Assembly (NCBI GenBank): GCA_963666425.2
Contig: OY762825.2
Coordinates: 2,016,001-2,080,000, forward strand
Reading direction: 5' to 3'
Source of the DNA: Bacillota bacterium
GTDB taxonomy: Bacteria; Bacillota; JAAYKD01
Length of the DNA: 64,000 nt
Shown here: positions 19,620 to 29,245 of the stretch, in pieces
How the letters are laid out: every line of letters starts with the position of its first letter
How positions within the stretch are numbered: the stretch's first letter is position 1
Translations under genes and position numbers: made by a program
The notes under the pieces: generated by a model
What the model saw: the letters and a program-made list of their open reading frames with translations, nothing else
What the model was told of the DNA's origin: nothing
The model's database searches: none

Positions 19620-20993
19620 ATGGACAAAGAAGAATTTCTTAAATTTATGTCTGTATCATCTGAAGAAGAATTACTTTTGTATTTCAACAATTACAGTCTA
19701 GAACAATATACATTCGATAATAGTAAATATGAAATAACTTTTTTATATAACCTCGGCTTATTCATATCTAAAGTATACTCGCAAGATATACTTCAGAATC
19801 TTTTTAGAAGTGAAGACAAGTATTATTATGCACCTTTTTGCTATCTGAAAGCGGTTCAAATATATGAGACTAATAAACTGGAATTGAATAAAGATAGAGG
19901 TTTTGTCCATGAAACTATAAGGCGCTGTTACGTTAACTTAGGAAATGAATATAGTAATCAATTTAGAACGGTCGATGCTCTAAGATATTTTCGAAAGGCG
20001 TTAGAAATTGACAACTTTTTTGATATGGCAGTAGGAAATTTTGCATACTGCATTGAAAGGCATCCCGTTTTTTTTAAGTTTAGTGAGTCCGATAAAATCT
20101 TTAATTTATTATTCAAATTATACGACGGTGTTCATATTCAAGAATTGGATGCTGGCCAAGAATTCTTTAACAATAAAAAAATTCGATCTAATTACTTAAG
20201 GAGTTCTTATAACGAATCAATTAGGCTTGGACAAAATTCACATTATAACCCGGGTAATTTTCTCATAAAAATTTCTAATGAGGGGTACGAAGAATGGTGT
20301 GTTAGAAACACTTTGGTTTTAAATCCAATTAATGATATAGGCGATTATGTAGAAGGTCAAAAGGATATGGACTTTGACTATATTGCCCTGAAATTGGAAC
20401 TAAAAAATGAGAAAACTTTACTAAAGCATATGTATGACCTTTACATCTATCTACGGAAAAAGATATTTCTACACAAAGAAATTAATGATATAGGAGATAT
20501 TTTTGAAATAGAACTGGTTTTTAATACCTTATACTCATTCTTTGATAAAATAGCATTTTGGTTATACAAATATTTTAGTTTAGAGTTCAAAGATGAAAGC
20601 AAAGTAAGCATATTAAGCATTTGGTGTAAAAAAACAAACTTAGGTGTACCTTTGTTGGATTATAAAAATCAACATCTTTATAACATTTTTTGGCTTAGAA
20701 AAGAATATCGACAACTAAAACCAGGTGATTTGGAAATTAATAAACAATTATCACCGGATGCTCAAAATTATTGGACCCTTCGGAATAGTATGGAGCATAG
20801 AGGATATAGTACTGACGCGTCAGCGGAACATTATATCAATCCATTGGATTTATTATCTAAAACCATAAAATTAACTTCGGTAGTAAGAAATTTAATATTA
20901 TCGATTATATTCATGGTTGATGTTGAAAACAAATTGATTGTAGATGGCAAAAGGAATTTAGATTTAGTGTTTTTTCCATGTGAGTGGTTTTAA
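19620..20993 (+). CDS. TPR plus LA2681-like HEPN domain protein (putative defence RNase)
   Basis: TPR YVNLGNEY..A..YFRKALE; YSFFDKIA; HEPN RxxxxH motif RNSMEH. Confidence 0.8.
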   Translation: MDKEEFLKFMSVSSEEELLLYFNNYSLEQYTFDNSKYEITFLYNLGLFISKVYSQDILQNLFRSEDKYYYAPFCYLKAVQIYETNKLELNKDRGFVHETIRRCYVNLGNEYSNQFRTVDALRYFRKALEIDNFFDMAVGNFAYCIERHPVFFKFSESDKIFNLLFKLYDGVHIQELDAGQEFFNNKKIRSNYLRSSYNESIRLGQNSHYNPGNFLIKISNEGYEEWCVRNTLVLNPINDIGDYVEGQKDMDFDYIALKLELKNEKTLLKHMYDLYIYLRKKIFLHKEINDIGDIFEIELVFNTLYSFFDKIAFWLYKYFSLEFKDESKVSILSIWCKKTNLGVPLLDYKNQHLYNIFWLRKEYRQLKPGDLEINKQLSPDAQNYWTLRNSMEHRGYSTDASAEHYINPLDLLSKTIKLTSVVRNLILSIIFMVDVENKLIVDGKRNLDLVFFPCEWF

Positions 20994-21015
20994 TAAAATG
21001 TAGTTTTTTTGTTGA

Positions 21016-21254
21016 TATATTGCAAAATGGAGTGTGCCACCCTGAGTGTGGGTAAAAGGCTAGCTCACAATGAAGACTTCGTATAGAATGGAGTTGTAAA
21101 GACAACATTCAAACGGAGGTAACAATATGAGCTATGTTGGGATTGCGGACGACTTTTTGGAAAATTTAGGTGGCCAGATTACGAAAATGTATGGGCTGGA
21201 AATCGCCTATTCAAGTATTTCTTAACGAAGTGGCGCACTTGACATTACAATTCA
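21016..21254 (+). mobile_element. Internally deleted IS30 derivative (~240 bp)
   Basis: 25-bp imperfect terminal IRs (17/25); RBS plus MSY start; C-terminal RKCMGWKSPIQVF..AHLTLQF. Confidence 0.75.
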
Positions 21255-21378
21255 TTAAATATATGAATGCGATCATAATCCGGATTCCTCGCAGAAATTA
21301 CACAACTAATAATGAAGCGCCTTTATCCGCGCAACAAGACGCGGCAATAATACTTAAACATTGTAAGGAGGGACCATT

Positions 21379-22395
21379 ATGGCTCAGCAACTATCATTCA
21401 CCTCCGTCTTCGAGAGCGCGGCAAAACTCCCGCTTGTACACATCGACCGAAAAGCGTTCTTGACCAAGAACCTCAGCAAGCTCTGTACCAAAATACAGTT
21501 GCAAAAGGCTATCGCTGAGGGAACGCTTCATGCCAACATCCCGATTGCAACATTAGACAGTTTGGCAAATGCCGTCATTAACGCAGAAACCATCAAGGTA
21601 ACCGTCATATCAACAGCGGCAGGCATGCCAGGCGGGATCGCTATAGTTGCTACTATCCCGGCTGACTTGGTGCAGTTCTACGGATTTGTAATCCGTATAT
21701 CGCAAGAACTGGCATACATATACGGTTGGGAAGAGATATTTGCCGAATCGGCTGAGCTTGACGCGGGCACGGAGTCTCAACTCATTTTGTTTATCGGCGT
21801 GATGTCCGGTGTAGGAGCCGCTAACAAGGTCGTGGCCAAGTTGTTCGGTGAAACGGCAATGAGGGCTGTTGCAAAAAAAGTTGCCGCCAAAGCGCTTACT
21901 AAAACGTGGTATTATCCATTTGTCAAGAAAATCGCGACAATGTTGGGGCAAAATATGGTAAAGGCAACATTCGCCAAGGGCGTATCAAAATTTGTTCCTA
22001 TACTTGGCGGAGTTATCTCTGGCGGTCTCACGCTGGCAATGTTTAAGCCGATGGCACACATGCTCAAGAAGCATCTCTCAACAATGGCTCATATGTCGCC
22101 GGAAGAGTTTGCCGAGTACGAAGCCGCTATTGTCTTTGATGCGAAAGACTCAGACACAGATGGCGAGATTGTTGAAGTAGTGATTGAGGAGGTTGCGACA
22201 AACTATTGGGTTTGTACTTGTGGTGCGGAGAACAAAGGTAAATTCTGCACTGAGTGTGGCAAAACAAAACCCATCGGGATACCGCAATACAAATGTGACA
22301 AGTGCGGTTGGGAACCGGATGATAAGACTCACCTACCAAAGTTCTGTCCGGCATGTGGCGACTCATTTGATGATGGCGATATAGTATTGGTATAA
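21379..22395 (+). CDS. EcsC-like helical/membrane-associated protein with C-terminal zinc ribbons
   Basis: IPADLVQFYG..QELAYIYGW, PILGGVISGG; CxC..CxxC and CxxC..CxxC at the C-terminus. Confidence 0.6.
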   Translation: MAQQLSFTSVFESAAKLPLVHIDRKAFLTKNLSKLCTKIQLQKAIAEGTLHANIPIATLDSLANAVINAETIKVTVISTAAGMPGGIAIVATIPADLVQFYGFVIRISQELAYIYGWEEIFAESAELDAGTESQLILFIGVMSGVGAANKVVAKLFGETAMRAVAKKVAAKALTKTWYYPFVKKIATMLGQNMVKATFAKGVSKFVPILGGVISGGLTLAMFKPMAHMLKKHLSTMAHMSPEEFAEYEAAIVFDAKDSDTDGEIVEVVIEEVATNYWVCTCGAENKGKFCTECGKTKPIGIPQYKCDKCGWEPDDKTHLPKFCPACGDSFDDGDIVLV

Positions 22396-22573
22396 CATAA
22401 TTAGCAAACATTATAAACAAATTGGTAGCTCTCCAGTTACTATGAGTTGCCCACTATGTTTAAAAAAACGTAACGAGCGTAATACAAATATTCTGAAATA
22501 AAAGCTCCTCATCACAAGAAGGAAAATCAATGATGATGAGCTTTTTATTCCCAAGCCTTATATCTGTATAACC

Positions 22574-22880
22574 GTAAGCGTCAAATAATACCCACATCAA
22601 GCTAAAAAAGCCACCCGAAAATGGCAAAGTCATAATTCACACAGAATTCTTCTATTTGTGGCTTAACCTGCAGATTTGTGGAATTTCCACTGCCCACAGC
22701 AGCGCTTCTATCGGTTCTGTTTTATACCGTTGATTACGTCGGTTGAAACTGTGCCGTTGCACTAACTTTCCGTTTCTACTGCACTCCAGAGGTGATATAA
22801 TCAATACCGTTGGATCTGCTGGAAGACATACTCAAGATAAGCATACGGAATAAGCCCGTTTTCTTTTGCGGTCTCTACTG
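22574..22880 (-). mobile_element. IS66 right end with tnpC C-terminal fragment
   Basis: IR GTAAGCGTCAAATAATACCCACAT; minus strand VETAKENGLIPYAYLEYVF...EALLWAVEIPQICR after removing the 73-bp insert. Confidence 0.8.
22731..22803. mobile_element. 73-bp miniature IS21 derivative with 7-bp target duplication
   Basis: TGATTA...TAATCA ends matching the IS21-A end; ATACCGT at 22724-22730 and 22804-22810. Confidence 0.8.
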
Positions 22881-22924
22881 GACATTTTCTTGGACCTAAG
22901 ATACTAAACAAAGACTATATCTGT

Positions 22925-23071
22925 ACCACTGTGAGACTCATTTCTTTGAGTAAGGTTTTAATCTGACCTTCGTTCTGGTTCGAGTTGACGTTTGTGTAAA
23001 CTGAGGAAGCGCCGTAAACCGAACGGTACGTACGGTGCTGTGGGAGGTGGGTATTCCGGACGAGGTTACCC
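22925..23071 (+). mobile_element. Group IIC intron 3' remnant (domain V/VI)
   Basis: gaagcgccgtaaaccgaacggtacgtacggtgctgtgggagg at 23006-23047 is a class C domain V with CGC triad. Confidence 0.75.
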
Positions 23072-23127
23072 CGGAGGGGGTGCGGATAAAATCCTGAACT
23101 GATTAAACCCAAACCAAGGAGACAAAG

Positions 23128-23685
23128 ATGAGCCGATTTGCAGTTATAGACACGGAGACAACTTGGCGCGATGCGGTTATGTCCATTGGGATTGTGATAG
23201 CGGAATCTGCAACTTTCGAATTGATTGACAAGCGGTACTTCATACTTACGCCATTCAAAAATCAAGGCGGTATGTATTCATATGCTTTATATGCAAACAA
23301 CATCAAGCCAGATCTTGAGTGCTCTCGGGAAAAGGCGATTGACGAGTTAAGGCAGTTTCTTTTTGATCACGATATTGAGACTATCTTTGCTTACAATGCT
23401 GCATTCGACTATCGTCACTTGCCAGAACTCCAGCACTTCGCTTGGCACGACATTATGAAGTTGGCGGCGTATAGGCAGCACAATCCCAGAATACCACATT
23501 GTGCCCAGTGTTATGGTACGGGCAGGTTGAAGCGCGGATATGGTGTGGAGAGCATTTATCGAATGTTAAGCGAAAATTTGGAATACTGCGAAATGCATAA
23601 TGCCTTAACCGACGCGATAGATGAATTGATTATTATGAGGATGCTAAATCACGAGCTTGGTAATTATGCTATGGCAAGGATATAA
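23128..23685 (+). CDS. DEDDh 3'-5' exonuclease (copy 1)
   Basis: VIDTETT, AYNAAFD, HNALTDA. Confidence 0.88.
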   Translation: MSRFAVIDTETTWRDAVMSIGIVIAESATFELIDKRYFILTPFKNQGGMYSYALYANNIKPDLECSREKAIDELRQFLFDHDIETIFAYNAAFDYRHLPELQHFAWHDIMKLAAYRQHNPRIPHCAQCYGTGRLKRGYGVESIYRMLSENLEYCEMHNALTDAIDELIIMRMLNHELGNYAMARI

Positions 23686-24079
23686 ATAGCAGACACATCG
23701 CGGCTAACCTTTTAGCAATACATGTGAAGTGCTATACTTATTTATAAAACGTCTGAAAAATGCACATGGTTGTGCATGTAATGTTATAGCTAGCTCAAAT
23801 AAGCCGCAAAATGCTAAGGTTACCTGACCGAGAGTTGTTTGGCATAATGGCCAAAAAGAGAAAGGAAAAGTCACCCTCGATAAGGAGCTCCATGTGTATC
23901 TAGCACAAGAACCCAAGGGGTGTCTCACCAAAAGCATGATAATTATATCAGACTTTACTTTGAAGCGCAGGAGCGAAAACGAAGCAAAAGCGCGCTTTAA
24001 ATTAAGCGAGTGAATTGCATCAAACCAACTTATTATATATGGTCGGTAAAACCTCAGCTGCACACTGGTTCGCACGATG

Positions 24080-24235
24080 ACTTGCGACTAACTTGCAACT
24101 AACTTGCGACTAACTTGCAACTAACTTGCGTTTAACTTGCAACTAACTTGCAACTAACTTGCGACTAACTTGCGACTAACTTGCGACTAACTTGCAACTA
24201 ACTTGCAACTAACTTGCAACTAACTTGGAACTAAC
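24080..24235. repeat. 11-bp tandem repeat ACTTG(C/G)(A/G)ACTA, 14 units
   Basis: Counted directly; one unit variant acttgcgttta. Confidence 0.95.
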
Positions 24236-24389
24236 ATTTCCCAGCAGAACGGTCAATAACACAAGAAGTCGCGGAGGCACTCAAGTGCAGTCAGAAACGA
24301 TAAAACGAATGCTTGCGATCCGGTTTGCCGCGCTGCTAACTGCATTTCATTATCCACAATGAATCCTCAACAAACAAGGAGATGATTTT

Positions 24390-25754
24390 ACGAAAAGAAA
24401 AATCGCCGTATTTTACTATGATGGTTTCGCGGAGTTTGAAATCGCTCCGCTTTTACTGCTGTTGAACGAACAAGAGATAACATTTTTGGCCTTGGAAAAC
24501 AGGTCTTATCAAAGTGGGGAGCAACAGCGTTTCTCGGTGGATAAGACCATTGCAGAAATAGATCCGCTCCTCTTTGATCTTTTAATTCTGCCGGGTGGAG
24601 ATTCCGCGCCATTATACGAAAATAGGCGACTGAAGAATTTCATCTCTGCCATGCTCAGCCAGGGCAAAGCGGTTGCCGCAATCTGCGGCGGCTCAGAGCT
24701 GCTGGCCGCCATGGGCTTCCTCACTGGCAAGCATTGCACCGGCGGCGCATCGGGTGTATCAAAAACAGACACTGTATATCCGCTTTATCGCGAAGCGCTC
24801 TTATCTCAAGCGCAGGTGGTGTTGGATGGCAGCATCATTACCGCTCAAGGCCAAGCCTATCTGGAATTTGCGGTGACGGTGGCCAAGTACCTGGGGATTC
24901 TGAAAGATGATCCTGCAAAGCTTGAGACGCTGAACTGGCTGAAAAATAGGCGCGGGGAAGCGAGCACGGTCAATTGGCTGCAGCCGCTGGATGGTTGGAT
25001 CGACCTAAGCGAGTCTGTCAAGGTGAGCACCGGCAGCTTTGAAGAATGCAATCTGACTCTGGTCGTTTCGGAGGGCGAGGCGCTTTTAGTGGATACCGGC
25101 TACGAAATGCCGGAAGCTGAACGTGTACTGCTGTATCTGAAAAAGCATGGCTTAAAACTGAAGCATATTGTTATCACCCATCATCATGATGATCACGATG
25201 CGAATCTGGCGCTTTTTACGATGAACGAAGGGCAGATTTTCGATCCGGCGCATCTGCCGGATGAAGCGGAATTGCGCATTGGCAATAAGAAAGTCAGGTT
25301 GCAGAAAACACCGGGACATTTTCCGGCAGGAGATATCAGCGCTGTTGTGGTAGAGGAGCAGATCTTGATTGCGGGGGATATTCTCTATGCCTGTCTGCCG
25401 CCGCAATTGTGTTACGGTGCCAATCCGGAAGTATTGATCCAGACCTTAGAAAAAATAGAGCAGCAGCACTACAAATGGATTGTCCCGGGGCACGGCAAAG
25501 TGCTTTCGGGGCCGCTGATGATGTCTATGTCACTGTCCTACATCCAACTGCTCTACGAAAAACTGCAGGCAATTGTTCTGCGGCAGGGTGCGGCGGTGGA
25601 GATAGACCAGATTGCTTTAGCCGATTGTATCCTACATCGGGATTGGATGGTGGAAGCACCGGCGCTTGATCTGCATCGTCAAAACAAAAAGGAACTCTTC
25701 GCTAAACTCAAGCGTATCAATGCAAACGGCAGCACCAGCGTGCTTAAAGGGTGA
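24390..25754 (+). CDS. DJ-1/PfpI plus MBL-fold hydrolase fusion (copy 1); start apparently ACG
   Basis: KIAVFYYDGFAEFE upstream of the tracked TTG, LILPGG, AICGG; THHHDDH, TPGH, AGD, PGHG. Confidence 0.85.
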   Translation, partial: TKRKIAVFYYDGFAEFEIAPLLLLLNEQEITFLALENRSYQSGEQQRFSVDKTIAEIDPLLFDLLILPGGDSAPLYENRRLKNFISAMLSQGKAVAAICGGSELLAAMGFLTGKHCTGGASGVSKTDTVYPLYREALLSQAQVVLDGSIITAQGQAYLEFAVTVAKYLGILKDDPAKLETLNWLKNRRGEASTVNWLQPLDGWIDLSESVKVSTGSFEECNLTLVVSEGEALLVDTGYEMPEAERVLLYLKKHGLKLKHIVITHHHDDHDANLALFTMNEGQIFDPAHLPDEAELRIGNKKVRLQKTPGHFPAGDISAVVVEEQILIAGDILYACLPPQLCYGANPEVLIQTLEKIEQQHYKWIVPGHGKVLSGPLMMSMSLSYIQLLYEKLQAIVLRQGAAVEIDQIALADCILHRDWMVEAPALDLHRQNKKELFAKLKRINANGSTSVLKG

Positions 25755-25763
25755 ACAAGCAAG

Positions 25764-26269
25764 ATGAATCATCATAACATGGACATTCAGCCATAGAATT
25801 TAACTCGGATCGAACCAATTCTGCAGGCGCATCTGCGTGCTTTGGCCTTTCCAATGGATTCTTTTCTCGAAGACCGCTTGACGAACAGTAAAATTTACGC
25901 ACTATCGTCTGAGGATCAGCTGATTGGATATGCCGGCGTTTACGAAGGGGTATTGTATTTCTTTCACATTTTACTCGCTCACTTTAGCCTGGCGCCTGAG
26001 ATTTTGGAGAAATTCATACTGGAAAATGTAATCGACCGCGTTTATGTTACAACGCAGGACCCTCTTTTTGCTGCTTTAATTGCCGAATGGGATTATGAAA
26101 AGCAGAAAGATGCCTGCTGGTTCATTGACGGCAACAGAAGTATGCGGCCAACAGCAATCACGAATGCAATGGTCTTTCGCTTGGCTCAAGCGGAGGATCT
26201 GCAAACAATTGCTGCTGCAACCGATCCTTTTTTTGATTCGCTGGGCCAAAGAATCCAAGAGCAAAGCAT
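25764..26269 (+). pseudogene. GNAT acetyltransferase copy 1, premature stop and truncated by IS66
   Basis: Codon 10 is TAG (TCG in copy 2); homology ends at 26269 where IS66 tnpA begins. Confidence 0.88.
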
Positions 26270-26491
26270 TCAGCCATTTGTGCAGTGTGCTGACGCCAAT
26301 GCCGTTTTCTTCACACCATGTTTTTATTGACATTCCGCTGCACTGATACAAATTTAGCAGCTCGGTCTTTTCTGGCTTTGTGTATTTCTTGCGCTTTTGC
26401 GTTTTTGTTGTTTCCATGACTACACCCCCTTTTGGAGGTATTATCTCATTTCGAAGTTTGTTTGACTATGTGGGTATTATTTGACGCTTAC
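26270..26491 (-). mobile_element. IS66 left end with truncated tnpA
   Basis: IR GTAAGCGTCAAATAATACCCACAT on minus strand; SGMSIKTWCEENGIGVSTLHKW HTH starting at 26417. Confidence 0.85.
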
Positions 26492-26545
26492 TGATAAGCA
26501 ATAGTAAGCAACTGCAGTTTGTAAAAAGTGGGAGATGGAAAAAGT

Positions 26546-27907
26546 ATGGAAATTAATGCTGCATTAAGAAAAGAAATCGAGATAGACATCTCGCAATGTG
26601 AGGAATACGGTGAAGCTAAAGGCTCGGAGTCTCTTTATGGCGTCCTCATGGCAAAATATAGCGTTGTAGATTCGCAATTTGGCAAGGGGTTATCTACGAA
26701 CGGAAAAGCTGCAGCGCCGGGCAACGAGTTCGATTTCAGGCAGGAACTAAAAGCGATAGCTGCAAAATTGCGGATGTGGCTGTTGACTACCCCTTCGTCA
26801 ACTGATATATCTCCAAATACAAAATCGAACCCGCTGAAAGAGAAAGTTTGTTCTTTCATCCAGCGAGGAGAGGAAATACTGGTCAAAGAGCGGCATACTC
26901 CAGAAAGAGGAATCGTCATGCCCTCTTATGTGTCTGGGCCTTTGTTGGATGCATGGATGGGTGAAATTATCATTTTCAACGAGCGGTATTTGAAAAAGCA
27001 TCCCCTCCATGACAGCATATACACTACATATCTCCGTTATAAGGAACAATTTTCCTGTTGTGGAGATATGCTTGGCCATTTGCGTGCGTTAGCAACAGAC
27101 GATGAATTTTTCGAAATAAACCAACATCCAGCATCGATAAAAACTGCTTCGGTCATTCCAAACATGGCAGATATGTTGACAGATGATATATCCAGATGTC
27201 AAGAATTCATCGCCAGGCCAACTGATGAGAAAATCGGTCAGAATCTTTACACTGAGATCACAAGCCGATATGACAGCGCCATAAAGGGATTTGGCAACGG
27301 GTTATACCAATACTACGCCGAACAGCATTTTTATGATCCGGAGATTTCAGGCGATTCACTCACTCACAATCTGAATGTGTTACTTAATAAGATGGTCTCA
27401 TTCAAGGCACAAAAATACGGTGTGTCGAACGAAAGTCGAAAGATGGCGACGCATATGAGCAATAAGGTATTTATTGTCCACGGACATGACGAAGCTGCAA
27501 AACAAACAATGGCGCGTACACTTGAACATGGTGGATTTGAGCCAATCATCCTCCATGAGCAAGCAAGCAGCGGGCGTACAATTATCGAAAAAATTGAAAA
27601 TTATACAGATGCTTCTTTCGCTGTGGTTTTGTATACTGAGTGCGATTTAGGACGAGCGAAAGAAAAAAGATGTGAAGATGAGCATTACCGAGCTCGTCAA
27701 AATGTTGTATTTGAACACGGATATCTGATTGGCAGATTAAGCCGGGAGCGTGTTTGCGCGCTGGTAAAGGGCAATGTTGAAACCCCCGGTGATATTTCCG
27801 GCGTTGTATATATATCGATGGACGATGCCGGTGCATGGAAAATGGAACTTGCAAAGGAAATGCAGAATGTGGGTATAACTATTGATATGAATAGTTTCTG
27901 CAAATAA
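26546..27907 (+). CDS. Protein with C-terminal TIR-like nucleotide-binding domain (PF10137/CAP12-type)
   Basis: KVFIVHGHDE, ILHEQ..GRTIIEK.E, RARQNVVFEHGY, ETPGDISG. Confidence 0.88.
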   Translation: MEINAALRKEIEIDISQCEEYGEAKGSESLYGVLMAKYSVVDSQFGKGLSTNGKAAAPGNEFDFRQELKAIAAKLRMWLLTTPSSTDISPNTKSNPLKEKVCSFIQRGEEILVKERHTPERGIVMPSYVSGPLLDAWMGEIIIFNERYLKKHPLHDSIYTTYLRYKEQFSCCGDMLGHLRALATDDEFFEINQHPASIKTASVIPNMADMLTDDISRCQEFIARPTDEKIGQNLYTEITSRYDSAIKGFGNGLYQYYAEQHFYDPEISGDSLTHNLNVLLNKMVSFKAQKYGVSNESRKMATHMSNKVFIVHGHDEAAKQTMARTLEHGGFEPIILHEQASSGRTIIEKIENYTDASFAVVLYTECDLGRAKEKRCEDEHYRARQNVVFEHGYLIGRLSRERVCALVKGNVETPGDISGVVYISMDDAGAWKMELAKEMQNVGITIDMNSFCK

Positions 27908-28236
27908 AGAAAGGCCGCACTAAAGGTTTTATCCTTCTGGAGTTGTCAATAGCGGTTCAGTCATTATCTCGAGATAATTGGGTCTGTCAAGAGTTTTGTG
28001 CTTTTGCTTACCAGAAGTAATTCTACTGCAAATAGGACGAAAACAAATTCAGGAAATCAATCGATAATTGTAAGAGACTATAGCCCCAGTTTTGAATGCG
28101 CCTAGACCACTTCCTGAGGATATCCTTTCTAGGTAGACAAGCATTTTCTTTAAAGCTTCATCATTAGAGATTATTTTTTTCTCATTTGCGCCATTCCTTT
28201 CACCTCTACATCCAATCATACATCGATAGGTTTGGT

Positions 28237-28264
28237 TTGACAAAAGCACAAACTATTTTATACT
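28237..28264 (+). promoter_or_regulatory. Sigma-A-like promoter for exonuclease copy 2
   Basis: TTGACA-16 bp-TATACT; absent upstream of copy 1. Confidence 0.55.
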
Positions 28265-28294
28265 ACCAATTAATCCCAAACCAAGGAGATAAAG

Positions 28295-28852
28295 ATGAGC
28301 CGATTTGCAGTTATAGACACAGAGACAACTTGGTGCGATGCGGTTATGTCCATTGGGACTGTGATAGCAGAATCTGAAACCTTCGAATTGATTGACAAGC
28401 GGTACTTCATACTTACACCATTCAAAAATCAAGGCGGTATGTATTCATATGCTTTATATGCAAACAATATCAAGCCAGATCTTGAGTGCTCTCGGGAAAA
28501 GGCGATTGACGAGTTAAGACGATTTCTCTTCAACCACGATATCGAGACTATCTTTGCTTACAATGCTGCATTCGACTATCGTCACTTGCCAGAACTCCAG
28601 CACTTCGCTTGGCACGACATTATGAAGCTGGCGGCGTATAGACAGCACAATCCCAGAATACCAGATTGTGCCCAATGCTATGGCACGGGCAGATTGAAGC
28701 GCGGATATGGCGTGGAGAGCATTTATCGAATGTTAAGCGAAAATTTGGAATACTGCGAAATGCATAATGCCTTAACCGACGCGATAGATGAATTGATTAT
28801 TATGAGGATGCTAAATCACGAGCTTGGTAATTATGCTATGGCGAGGATATAA
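28295..28852 (+). CDS. DEDDh 3'-5' exonuclease (copy 2)
   Basis: Same motifs as copy 1. Confidence 0.88.
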   Translation: MSRFAVIDTETTWCDAVMSIGTVIAESETFELIDKRYFILTPFKNQGGMYSYALYANNIKPDLECSREKAIDELRRFLFNHDIETIFAYNAAFDYRHLPELQHFAWHDIMKLAAYRQHNPRIPDCAQCYGTGRLKRGYGVESIYRMLSENLEYCEMHNALTDAIDELIIMRMLNHELGNYAMARI

Positions 28853-29245
28853 ATAGCAGACATATCGCGGCTAACCTTTTAACAATACATGTGAAGTGCT
28901 GTCGTTATTAATACAATGTCTGAAAAACGCACATGGTTGTGCATGTAATGTTATAGCCAGCTCAAATAAGCCGCAAATGCTCAGATTGTCTGACCGAGCG
29001 TTGTTTGGCATAATGGCCAAAAAGAGAAAGGAAAAGTCACCCTCGATAAGGAGCCCCATGTGTAGCTAGCACAAGAACCCAAGGGGTGTCTCACCAAAAG
29101 CATGATAATTGTATCAGACTTTTCTTTGAAGCGCAGGAGCGAAAACGAAACAAAAGCACGCTTTAAGTTAAGCGAGTGAATTGCATCAAACCAATTTAAT
29201 ATATATGGTCAGTAAAACCTCAGCTGCACACTGGTTCGCACGATG

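Larger units (their letters stand above)
23102..26269 (+). repeat. Diverged segmental duplication, copy 1 (copy 2 at ~28269-31347)
   Basis: Colinear near-identical DNA and proteins across exonuclease, spacer, DJ-1/MBL and GNAT. Confidence 0.95.

Noticed and set aside
24080-24235. CRISPR or replication iterons
   Set aside because: No spacers, 11-bp units, no rep gene nearby
26076-26417. 113-aa ORF as a real gene
   Set aside because: Chimera of truncated IS66 tnpA and the antisense of the GNAT pseudogene
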